Below are positions 42,794-58,364 of a stretch of 64,000 bases of DNA, piece after piece. The notes under the pieces were generated by a model. That model made no database searches. It saw only the letters and a list, made by a program, of their open reading frames with translations, and was not told the DNA's origin. The stretch lies in NCBI RefSeq assembly GCF_009914755.1, contig NC_060928.1; one strand, given 5' to 3'. Source of the stretch: the human T2T-CHM13v2.0 reference genome, Homo sapiens. How positions within the stretch are numbered: position 1 is the stretch's first letter; the number at the start of each line of letters is the position of its first letter. A program made the position numbers and the translations under genes.

Positions 42794-43004
42794 GGGGTTT
42801 CTCAACCTTGGCACTGTTGACATTTATGCCAGATCACTATTTGTTGTAATAAGCTGTCCTGTGCATTGCAAAATGCTTAGCAGCATCCCTGACCTCTGCC
42901 CACTAGTTGCCAGTAGCTTGTGTCAGTCATCAAAATCAAAGATGATTTCAGACATTGCCAAATGTCCCCTGAAGGGCAAAACTGCACCCAGTTGAGAACC
43001 ACCG
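42794..43004. mobile_element. MER20 hAT-Charlie MITE, near full length
   Basis: TTTCTCAACCTTGGCACTGTTGACATTT...AGCAGCATCCCTGACCTCTGCCCACTAG...CAGACATTGCCAAATGTCCCCTG...GTTGAGAACCAC. Confidence 0.88.
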
Positions 43005-44459
43005 CTGTACAATTCCATGAGGTTGATATTATTTTACAGATGAGGAAAGGGTAAAGAAGGAGGTAAGAAATTCACCCAAGGTTTCATAGCTAATTAGATG
43101 CAGTACTAGGATTTAAGCCCAGAGAGACTGACTTTTAACCTCATGATCTTAACAATACTACAACTGCCTCTGTAAATGATAGGGGTAATAATTCTGCCCT
43201 TTCAGAGTTATAATAATTAAATGAGATATCATCTGTAAGAACATCTTACAAGGTACTTAGTAGAAGAGGGCTTCGATAAATGTCAGTGGAATCTGTAACT
43301 GAATCCCCTGCTGCCTCCACAGCAAGCTTGCTCCACCACACACCCTCTAGTATTGTCTTTAGTTCTTCCTTCTACACATTTTTTACCTTCTGCCTACAAA
43401 TGTGCTCAGATCTTTCCAACCTGAAGAATCTCTCCTTTGATTAGATCCCTCTTTCAAGTTATCAAACTAATATTCTTAACACCACATTCATATTTATTTT
43501 TTCTTCTTTATCATTCACTCATCTCATAGTGCTTTAAAATCTTGATTCATTTCTGCCTGTGAGCCCCTATTGACCTAATCCAAAAGGCATGATAGCCCAA
43601 TAAAGGGGTTTAAGGGATGTATACTTTCACAGTTGCTTTGTGCAGATAAAAAAACTGAAGCAAGAACTATTTCATGAATTGCCAAGGCCACATAACTATT
43701 GTGCACATAGTACTTGCTACAAAAGTCGTTTATGCTTTCATTCCTATGGGTCTCTACCTCATATGAAGTTGCTGAACATGCCTCCTCGAAACTGTCTTTT
43801 TTGATTTTGGTGACATCTATTTTCTGCTACCTTTCCAATCTCTCTTTTTCCACATTCTTAATGAGTTTCCTTTCTGCTTTTACTCATATATGTATCAGCA
43901 AAGTTATTCCCTTAGCCATGCTTAATCTCTTTTCATTAGTTACATACTATCTCTCACAACCTCAATAGTCGTACATATTTCTTTCAGATCTGTACCTCTC
44001 ACCTACCCCATATTTTGAGTCACTGACCCACAGTTTTAACTGCCTAATTAAATCTGTAGCTTAGATTTCCTACAACTACCCAAAACAGAATTTTCAAAGC
44101 GGAAGTCATTTTTACTCCTAAGATATTCTTTTCAGTGTACCTATTTTTCTTAATGGAAACTTAAATCATTGTTATCTCTTCTATTTCTTAACTCTATCAC
44201 CCTTGTTTTAAATCTTTGTCAAATTCCATAGATTTTCACCCTTGTAAAGTCTTTAATATATATCCATTTAATTACAATTTCTATCACTTTAAGGTTTTTT
44301 TTTTTACTATTGCCTGGAACATTTACATAATTCGATGAATGGCCTCTTGCTTCAGCCTTTCCTTCCCTAAATCATCTTGGAAATTACGACAGATTCAGCT
44401 TCTTAAAACACAGCCCTCACAATGTGATAGCCCTATTCAAAACTGTCAGTGGCTCTTCA

Positions 44460-44770
44460 TGGTGCTCTTCAATACAGTAGCCACCAACCATTTATGGCTA
44501 TTGATGCCTTGAAATATGGTTACCAAAACATAACCAGATAAGCCGGAAGTATAAAATACACAGTGGGTTTTGAAGACAGTCCAAAAAAAAAACCCCTTAA
44601 AATATCTTTAAAATAATTTTAATAGAGATTACATGTTAAAATGGTGATATTATGAATATATTGGGTTAGATAAAGTGCATTGATAAAATAAATTTTACCT
44701 TACAAAGTGATTAATAGAAATTTAAAATTATATATGTACTTCACATTATATTTTTGTTGGATATTGCCAG
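44460..44770. mobile_element. MER33-like hAT-Charlie element
   Basis: GTAGCCACCAACCATTTATGGCTATTGA...GTATAAAATACAC...GATTACATGTTAAAATG...TCACATTATATTTTTGTTGGA. Confidence 0.75.
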
Positions 44771-44999
44771 CCTAGGCAACAAAGAATACATTACTTGATC
44801 ATATAAATTCTACTATAATTTCCCAACTTTCTTTCCCAACTTTTTCCCTATTATTTCCATATACATACCATGTACTCCATTCAGTTTAGACAATTGCTAT
44901 TCCTGACCATTCCCCCCTCTTTATCATCTTCATGTCTTTTCTCACATTGTTCACTCCTGATAGAGCACCCTATCCCCCATTCCTGCCTATCAGCCCGGA

Positions 45000-45520
45000 C
45001 TCTTGTTAGCCAGTGACTACAACCTAATTCAAGAGGGCTTGAACAAAATACCATTTTATTGGCTTGTGTAGCTGAAAATCTAGATGTCAATTTGAGAAAC
45101 AGTTGGATCTGGGAGGGTTAAATACTGTTATCAAGATATGATAATTCTCATTCTATCACTATCTCTTTCTTTCTATCCCTCCATCCCATCGCTCTTGGTC
45201 TTCATCTCTTGTCTCTACTTTCCTTTGCGTTGGCTTCAATTTAATTTCAAGATCTCTCCATGTACTAATCTTATATAGCTCCAACTTTAACAACCCCAAA
45301 AGAAAAAAAGTACCTTTTCACTACATTGGGTCATATATCTTCAAGGGAATAATTGTTAGCTGAGTGGCTAGGCTTGGGACACATGCAAATCTTGGAAACA
45401 AGAATGGGTCAATTCACCCAACCAGACAGCTTGCAGGTAGGAGAGAAGTTATCCACAGAAGAAAATCAAGATGCTAATACCAGAAGACAAAGAAATGGCT
45501 TCTGAGCAGAACTAACAGAT
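45000..45520 (-). mobile_element. Ancient MLT1-type LTR remnant
   Basis: TTAGCCAGTGACTACAACCTAATTCAA...TTTATTGGCTTGTGTAGCTGAAAATC; boundaries approximate. Confidence 0.5.
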
Positions 45521-47869
45521 GTAATTACATTATCAAACTTCATCATTTCTATAAATTTTCAATACAAACTGTTTCAATAAAGGAAAATTTACATTTACGT
45601 TCCAGAGCTCTATAGACCATTCTAAACAAACAAAATCTCCTGATTTGAGAGAAAGCCTTGTGTTATATTCCAAATACAAATGGTAGACAATAAGAATCAC
45701 CTGTAGGCATTTTACAAACAGTGCCAACACCTACCCAGGAGCACCACTGGGTCACTTTCAGAGCCCTGACCTCTTAACGATTGTTTGTTTGGAATTTATC
45801 TTCCCTAATTCTTATAGTAGGTGCTCACTAAATATTTTCTTAAATTAATGCTAACAGATGCTTTAGTTATCTGATAACTATATATTTCAGAGGATTTTCA
45901 CGTCAACACCTTTGACCAAATTGCAAATTAATTGACTAATCACATTTTGGTACTTTTTACAGTGAATGCAGAAACTGTCATAGAATGTCCTCTGACTGAG
46001 GAAAGAAAAACAGAGATCTGTGGAAGAATTCATTTCTCATCAACAATGGCTAGAGCATATATTATTTCAGAGAGTTCTCCAGAAAATGCAAAGACTTTCC
46101 AAATTCCAGAGAAGACAGAAAGGACCTTTATAAAACCATTTCTTTAAAAAAGAAGCAGAAGACAAAACTGAGTGCCTGAGGGTGAGAATTTCCCCCCATG
46201 CACTCTAGCATAGGAGCCCGGAGTCTTTTTGAGAAAAATTTTAGTTTTGGTAGAGATTGTGTGTAACTTTGAATAGTCACTTAATTTCCTTTTCACCATG
46301 TGTAAAAGGTAAATAACAACATCTACCCCAATCTATATCACAGGAATTGAACAAGATAAAGTAATATAAAAATAATCTATGTGAAAGATAACATTTTATG
46401 AACTGTAAAGTTCCACACTATTATCAGGTTGGAAGAAACTATAAGATCAAAATATTTTCAAAAGAAGGAAACTTCATATATTGTGCACACCTAATTTATA
46501 CACACTTCAATTAGTTTGGACCATAGCATGACATGACCTACTTTAGTGAAATATATGCAAACATTTTCAGGCCTGATGCCCACTCTAAAATCTAAATACT
46601 GGTGAAAAACTGATAATTTTTACCAGTGCACATTCTTTCAAGTAGTGAGTCACATGTCAAGAACAACAGAAATTATTAAAATGTTTACTCTATCATTTAC
46701 ATCTGTTTTGTATTTTATACTGGAAATTAACATTGAAAACTGGAAATCAATACAAAGACTGGATGATTACTGTCTGTACTAGGGGAACCAGTAACTGAGA
46801 AACCCCTGAGTTGTAAGCTTTGTGATATTTAAAAAGCCAGAAGAAAAATGATCATTAAAAAAAGAAATCTGAGAGCCAAAATCTGAGATGCTGAAGGCTC
46901 CTAGAATTCAGGGACAGATTGCAAGTGCTCTGTGCCCAAACATAGAAGTAAATAAGCTACAAAACCAAACTGTTCCTTTCTTTCTAACAACTGGACATTC
47001 TTTTTTCACTGCACCGGAAGGCTGCATCAGAAAAATGCCCCTTAATTAGTTTCATCTGTGTTTATCATGAGTAATATTTTTTAAATAGATCTTCAAGTGA
47101 CCTTTTCTTTTCCTCACTACCGATTTGACATGGTTTGTTTTTCAATCATCTCTGTGAGCTTGTGCCAGGCAAGGCTATGCCTTCTTGTCTCACAGTCTGG
47201 GGTTCAGGTAGTGACACTGTGGAGTTCTAGCTGTGAGGTCTATGGGAGGTACTTTTGTACTAAACAAGTATAGACCCTGGATACTCCAATAAAAGGTCGG
47301 CATTGTCACTTCAGAGTTCTCTTTTCTCATGGTAGCCTGGCAACCGAATTGCGTCTCTTTGATGGAGGGCGTTCCTACTAGAAAACAGCTTTATGAAAAG
47401 TGTCAGGGTCATCTTTAGAAACCCAAAGAAAACAAAACAAAACCCCCCAAAAAAAGCCTACCACCAAGAAGGCAAAGAAAAAAAAATCTGCACAACTCAA
47501 TTATTCAGCTGCACACAACTGCGCCTGTCAGGTCTTGGTAAAAACACTCACTTGAATTTAATTAAGTTTGTCCATGTAGCCTGTGAACTGCTCGCCAGAC
47601 CTGCTGGAAGGGGATGAAAAGCCTGACGGCAGGCCCCGTGAGGCCATTGTTGATAAGGAAGGACACAACATTCTCAAGTTAGGTAAATTCCCATCCCCTT
47701 GCACACAAAATGCACTGGGGTAATATCCTTTTGAAGGGTGTGTCAGAAAGTTGGGTTGCCTGAGAGCCAAGACAGAGGAGAACTTTTCCCACCAATAACA
47801 TATCCACTTCGTCTGGAGGCAGTGTGCTGAATGGTAAAGTGCCTGGTCTTTGGAAAGCTAATGGCCTTT

Positions 47870-48045
47870 GGAACTTTGAAGTCAAACAATTAGATTGAAA
47901 TGCCTGTTCTGCCACTTACTCGTTCTGTTATTCTGGGAAGGTTAAGGAACCTCGCCGAGTCTCAGTTTCCTTATTTGTAAGCTAGAAAGTCAAAACTACC
48001 TGAAAGTTTATCAGGATTCAGTGAGGTCCTATTGGTAAAATGAGA
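47870..48045 (+). mobile_element. MIR SINE fragment
   Basis: TTCTGCCACTTACT...GAGTCTCAGTTTCCTTATTTGTAA. Confidence 0.6.
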
Positions 48046-49312
48046 TACTGTTGGCTCTCAATGACCCTTCTCCTTATTTCTCTACTTAAATCCTCTAATG
48101 TGTATTCCCATTTATTATAAAATAATTTCCAAACTTGGAAACAGGATAGAGTACTTTCAAAATCAAACCTTGCCAGTACATGCCTGTTGCCTCCAAATGC
48201 CTGTCAGAACTATCTGTCTTCTCCCTTGTGCCTTTTTATGCTGCAGTACCTGCCATACACTTTCAATCTCTTGACTAAAATATCTTTTCCAGTCATTCTT
48301 CAAGACCCTATTCAAGTATCCCCAAGTCTTGCCTTAGCTCTCCAAGGCAGAATTAACCACTGTGGGCCTTAGGTTCCCAGAGCACTTTGTACTTTTCTCA
48401 ATTAAAAAATTTTACCTTCTAGATTGACTTGCTTTTAGTTTTTCCTCCAACAAACCATAATCTCCAACAAACCTATAAAGGATTCGTTGGCAACCATTTA
48501 CTTTTATATTATTCAAATATTTAACAAAGTGTTCAATAAATATTTAACTGATGAATAGGTAATTTCCAGAGCATCTTTAATTAAGCCACTTTAAAATTTA
48601 CATTTAAAATGTTCTGTAAACAGATGCTTATTATTTTTTGGCATCACCCTAAATTAGCACAGGATACTCATATAAAAATCCATAAATCTGAAATGTAAAA
48701 TATGATAAGGAGTATTGAAATAAGAATAAAAGAGTTGGAAAGTAAACAAATACTAATTTGTAATCTATACACAGCTTGGTCAGAGTATGCTGAAAACTCC
48801 TTTCTAATAAAATAACAAACCCAGTGCAGATATGGTAATTACTAGAAATTTTACCTATACAAATATTTGCAAGCAGTTTCATAAAAATCAAATTATTATT
48901 TTGATTTTAGTTTTATTTTGATTAATTTGAGTAAAATTATTTTGATTTGTTTTAAAAATAATTTTTAATTATTTTGATTAATTTGATTTTAGTTTAGTAA
49001 GTTCCTTTCTTTCTGAAAAGTTTATTCTATTGAAAAACGACAGTGAGGGCAGCCAAGATAGCCGAATAGGAACAGCTCCAGTCTACAGCTCCCAGCGTGA
49101 GTGACGCAGAAGACGGGTGATTTCTGCATTTCCATCTGAGGTACGGGCTTATTCACACTAGGGAGTGCCAGACAGTGGGCTCAGGACAGTGGGTGCAGCG
49201 CACCGTGCACGAGCTGAAGCAGGACAAGGCATTGCCTCACTCGGGAAGCGCAAGGGGTCAGGGAGTTCCCTTTCCTAGTCAAAGAAAGGGGTGACAGACA
49301 GCACCTGGAAAA

Positions 49313-49495
49313 TCAGGTCACTCCCACCCGAATACTGCGCTTATCTGATGGGCTTAAAAAACGGCACACCAGGAGATTATATCGCACACCTGGCTTGGAG
49401 GGTCCTACGCACACGGTGTCTCGCTGATTGCTAGCACAGCAGTCTGAGATCAAACTGCAAGGCGGCAGCCAGCCTGGGGGAGGGGCGCCCGCCAT
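49313..49495 (-). CDS. L1 ORF0 (antisense 5' UTR ORF), 60 codons, truncated by a TGA
   Basis: MAGAPPPGWLPPCSLISDCCASNQRDTVCVGPSKPGVRYNLLVCRFLSPSDKRSIRVGVT* matches primate L1 ORF0; ATG in strong context GCAATGG. Expression is not shown. Confidence 0.7.
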   Translation of the reverse strand: MAGAPPPGWLPPCSLISDCCASNQRDTVCVGPSKPGVRYNLLVCRFLSPSDKRSIRVGVT

Positions 49496-50078
49496 TGCCC
49501 AGGCTTGCTTAGGTAAACAAAGCAGCTGGGAAGCTCCAACTGGGTGGAGCCCACCACAGCTCAAGGAGGCCTGCCTGCCTGTGTAGGCTCCACCTCTGGG
49601 GGCAGGGCACAGACAAACAAAAAGACAGCAGTAATTTCTGCAGACTTAAATGTCCCTGTCTGACATCTTTGAAGAGAGCAGTTGTTCTCCTAGCACACAG
49701 CTGGAGATCTGAGAACGGGCAGACTGCCTCCTCAAGCGGGTCCCTGACCCCTGATCCCTGAGCAGCCTAACTGGGAGGCACCCCCCAGTAGGGGCAGACT
49801 GACACCTCACAAGGCCGGGTACTCCTCTGAGACAAAACTTCCAGAGGAACAATCAGACATCAGCATTCGCGGTTCATGAAAATCCGCTGTTCTGCAGCAA
49901 CCGCTGCTGATACCCAGGCAAACAGGGTCTGGAGTGGACCTCTAGCAAACTCCAACAGACCTGCAGCTGAGGGTCCTGTCTGTTAGAAGGAAAACTAACA
50001 AACAGAAAGGACATCCACACCAAAAACCCATCTGTACATCACCATCATCAAAGACCAAAACTAGATAAAACCACAAAA

Positions 50079-51094
50079 ATGGGGAAAAAACAGAGCAGAA
50101 AAACTGGAAACTCTAAAAAGCAGAGCGCCTCTCCTCCTCCAAAGGAATGCAGCTACTCACCAGCAACGGAACAAAGCTGGATGGAGAATGACTTTGACGA
50201 GTTGAGAGAAGAAGGCTTCAGATGATCAAACTACTCTGAGCTATAGGAGGAAACTCAAACCAAAGGCAAAGAAGTTGAAAACTTTGAAAAAAGTTTAGAT
50301 GAATGTATAACTAGAATAACCAATACAGAGAAGTGCTTAAAGGAGCTGATGGAGCTGAAAGCCAAGGCTCGAGATCTATGGGAAGAATGCAGAAGCCTCA
50401 GGAGCCGATGTGATCAACTGGAAGAAAGGGTATCAGTGATGGAAGATGGAATGAATGAAATGAAGCGAGAAGGGAAGTTGAGAGAAAAAAAGAATAAAAA
50501 GAAACAAACAAAGTCTCCAAGAAATATGGGACTATGTGAAAAGACCAAATCTACGTCTGATTGGTGTATCTGAAAGTGATGGGGAGAATGGAACCAAGTT
50601 GGAAAACACTGTAGGATATTATCCAGGAGAACTTCCCCAATCTAGCAAGGCAGGTCAACATTCAGATTCAGGAAATACAGAGAACACCACAAAGATACTC
50701 CTCGAGAAGAGCAACTCCAAGACACATAATTGTCAGATTCATCAAAGTTGAAATGAAGGAAAAAATTTCAAGGGCAGGCAGAGAGAAATGTCAGGTTACC
50801 CACAAAGGGAAGCCCATCAGACTAACAGTGGATCTCTCGGCAGAAACTCTACAAGCCAGAAGAGAGTGGGGGCCAATATTCAACATACTTAAAGAAAGGA
50901 ATTTTCAACCCAGAATTTCATATCCAGCCAAACTAAGCTTCATAAGTGAAGGAGAAATAAAATACTTTACAGACAAGCAAATGCTGAGAGATTTTGTCAC
51001 CACCAGGCCTGCCCTAAAAGAGCTCCTGAAGGAAGCACTAAACATGGAAAGGAACAACCGGTACCAGCCGCTGCAAAATCATGCCAAAATGTAA
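50079..51094 (+). pseudogene. L1 ORF1p, disrupted
   Basis: Starts MGKKQSRK and ends QNHAKM*; TGA at codon 49 (50223-50225) plus frameshifts near 50490 and 50610. Confidence 0.93.
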
Positions 51095-51157
51095 CGACCA
51101 TCGAGACTAGGAAGAAACTGCATCAACTAACGAGCAAAATAACCAGCTAACATCATA

Positions 51158-54980
<3,823 letters not shown>

Positions 54981-56877
54981 ACAATGAGAACACATGGACA
55001 CAGGAAGGGGAACATCACACTCTGAGGACTGTTGTGGGGTGAGGGGAGTGGGGAGGGATAGCATTGGGAGATATATCTAATGCTAAATGACGAGTTAATG
55101 GGTGCAGCACACCAGCATGGCACATGTATACATATGTAACTAACCTGCACATTGTGCACATGTACCCTAAAACTTAAAGTATAATAATAATAAAATAAAA
55201 AAAAGAAAAAAGACACAATTAGAACCATAGATTTATAACATTTTAGAATTCAAAATACCTCAGATAGTAATGAGTTCTCCACTCTATTTTTTTTTACAAG
55301 TAAGAAAACTAGAACTGAGAAATGTTAAGAAACAGGCAAAGTTTTGCTGCTAGTTTGGCTACTATCCAGAGCCAGACTAGACCTGAGTTATCTTGTCTCC
55401 CCATTTAAATCTCTTTTCCAGCATGCCACTGAAAGGAAGAACCAGCTGGTGATACAGAAATGGTGGGCATCTTGGGAAAATGTGAACATTTTACCATTAT
55501 GGACGTCTTCCATAATGAGCTCACCCTGATTAGACCTAAGCTTCTAGGAAGCTTAGAATAAAGAGAATCCTATTTCATTCACAACTGACTTGAAAAACAA
55601 ATCTCACTATTAATCATCATTCTTCATGTTATTATTGACTTATCTGGCTAGCATTTAGAATTAAATTTTGACTTCTTATCATGGCCGGTGTTACGTCTGC
55701 CTTTGTCTTACTCCAGCTATGCAAAGTGTGGCCCATAGACCAATACCCAACTGCGAAGGCGAGAATAAGAAACTTGTACAGCATTTTGACATTGCCACAA
55801 CAGCCACAGTGTAAGATTGGTGGGCCCATCTTACTGAGCAGGGTGTATTAATCGCCTGTATATATGCTTTCAATGAATGTGTAACAGTTTTTATAATTAT
55901 TTTTTTCTTATACTGGTACTGATATCAGTACCAGGATTGAAATAAAATTTTATGATGCTGAACCTAATTAAAAGATATGGGCTTGTATTTTGTATGTGGA
56001 TTTTCTTCATTCTGTCTTATAGTAAATAGTTTTTATTATATTTTAGAAAAAAAGCTGGCCCTCATTCATGCTGTAGTCTCACTGTTTGTTTACTCCAATC
56101 TTCCAGCAATCCAAGTTCTCTCTGCCTTTGCACTCATAATCCTTCCTTGAATACCCTGCCCACAGGTCTCCTCAGGGCCAGCTCCTTCTTTCACTCCAAG
56201 CTCAGTAGAAATGTTACCACAGCAGGGCAATCCTCCCACCTCTTTCACTCTTGAGTAACATACCGCCTTCTAGTGTGACCCTTCATATTTACAGCATACA
56301 TTTTTAGGTCACACCATTACTTAAACTTCCCTTGCTTTTTTGTTTCTTTAAGTGCTTATTGTCTGCAGGGAATTTGTCTAGTTCAGTTATGTCCCTGGTT
56401 CCTAAACATATTATCAATTCATCAACATATATGGAATGTTGCTAAAGGAAGTCTAGATGTTGTTTCAGGCCCATTACAAAAGCTAAATTGTTCTCATCCT
56501 TGCCACAGGCCTATAATGTAGGTATTATTATCTCCATGAATAGTTGAGGAAACACATTCACAGACATAAGACACTTACCTAAGATTACACAGCCCCGTTG
56601 GCATTTCTAATTCCTAAACTTCCCACCTGCAGTATGTAAGAAACTCTTTCAAACATTGATATCAGTAGTAAATTAACAAAACAGCCAATAAGAGGTATTT
56701 AATTATTTTGGAACATTTTCTATTCATAATTTCCATAACTTCTAACCTTGTGACTAATTTGTTATTAGGCAGACTAATTCTGATATAGGCAGAAGAGAGG
56801 TATGTGGCACATTTTAAACTAAAATCAAGAGGATTAATTGTTCCTTTTATAAATGGGTGCTCTTCAAATTATCTCAT

Positions 56878-57055
56878 TAGAGAAGCCAGATTTAGCAAAT
56901 AAAAATATAGGATCCCCAGTGAAATGTGAATTATGAGTAAATAATAAATAATTTTTTGGTATGTAGGGCATATGCTAAATACTTCTTTAAAAAATCAGTT
57001 GTTTACCTGAAAATCAAATTTAACTAGGTATTCCTTATTTTGTCTGGCAATCCTA
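56878..57055. mobile_element. MER53-like palindromic hAT MITE
   Basis: GCCAGATTTAGCAAATAAAAATATAGGATCCCCAGT...AAATTTAACTAGGTATTCC...TCTGGCAATCCTA; the ends are imperfect inverted repeats. Confidence 0.75.
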
Positions 57056-57141
57056 ATTCAGGAGTAAATTCAATAATTGTAGTCACAAATATCAGTGGCC
57101 ATTCCATGAATGGACTGCAGTTTAAGTGCAGCGAAGGAAGT

Positions 57142-57445
57142 TGTATCAGAGGTCTCCGGAGAAATTTAACATATATACATATATATTTGTATTTACATAC
57201 ATACAGATATTTTTACATACATACATTATATATATCCCTTTCTGTGCCTTTTTGTTCTATTTGGGCCCTCAATAGATTGGGTGATGCCCATGCACATTGG
57301 TGAGAGCATCTTCTTTATTCAGTCTACTTATTCAAATGCTCACCTCTTCCAGAAACACCCTCACAAACAGAGAGAAATAATGTTTTACCAACTATTTGGG
57401 CACCCTTTAGCCTAATCAAGTTGACACATAAAATTAACCATTACA
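57142..57445 (-). mobile_element. ERVL MLT2-family solo LTR, internally deleted
   Basis: GATTGGGTGATGCCCATGCACATTGGTGAG...CAGAAACACCCTCACA...CAAGTTGACACATAAAATTAACCATTACA. Confidence 0.85.
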
Positions 57446-58276
57446 GATGTGTTGTAGGAATATGCATATTTCTTACAAAAAAGTGTATAGGGAGTTTCTG
57501 AACACATCTCTGAACCATTGCATATCTAGCAGGGCTTATGCCACCCAACAGACATGGGTGGGATTATTTTCTAGAAATAAAACAAGTGTTTGTTTCAGGG
57601 TGACAGCTTAAAAAGGAACTAGAACAATTCATCATTTTAAAAAAAAGACAACCAAGGAGTACTTTGCTAACAGCAAATAAATATGTGAAAATGATTATAT
57701 AATAGTTATCAGCTGCTTTGAATTTCCACTTAGGTCAGAAGAAGAAATAAATGACTGAAGCTAGGGCAAGAGGCATTTAGTTTATTTTGGACATAGCATT
57801 TAAGGACTTCCTGAGAGTAAAGTTTCTCAAAGTTTTTGTGTGGCATCCTTTGATTTAAAAAAAAAAAAAAAAAAAGCACTATCTGGCTTCAGTCAATTCC
57901 TTTGACAAGTCAGGACTGGTTTCAGCTGTAGGCCAAAGGCACTGTGTCAAGGATATGAAATGAGAAAAGAGTGATTTGGATCCCACAGATGTCAAAGGAA
58001 TAAAAATCTCACCATAATCAAGGTCATGCTGTTACAGTTTGTTGCAGACTTTCCTAAACTGCATATGAATGCTCATGAATCAAGTTGTTACCAGGGCCCA
58101 TAATTACTTTTGGGAAATGTTGCATATCGTAACTTAGCCTAAGTATCACAATGCACATTAACACATCCCAGAATGTAAAAATTCTAATTGTCTTTATTCA
58201 AAGTTTCCTAAATATGCAAAACCAAGGAAATGCCTCACTCTCTTCCTACCCTCTCCCAATTTTTTTTTCAAAAATT

Positions 58277-58364
58277 CATGGCACATGTATACATATGTAA
58301 CAAACCTGCACGTTGTGCACATGTACCCTAAAACTTAAAGTATAATATTAATAAAATAAAAAAA
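58277..58364 (+). mobile_element. Very short 5'-truncated L1PA 3' terminus
   Basis: CATGGCACATGTATACATATGTAACAAACCTGCACGTTGTGCACATGTACCCTAAAACTTAAAGTATAAT plus A-rich tail; AAAAATT on both flanks. Confidence 0.9.
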
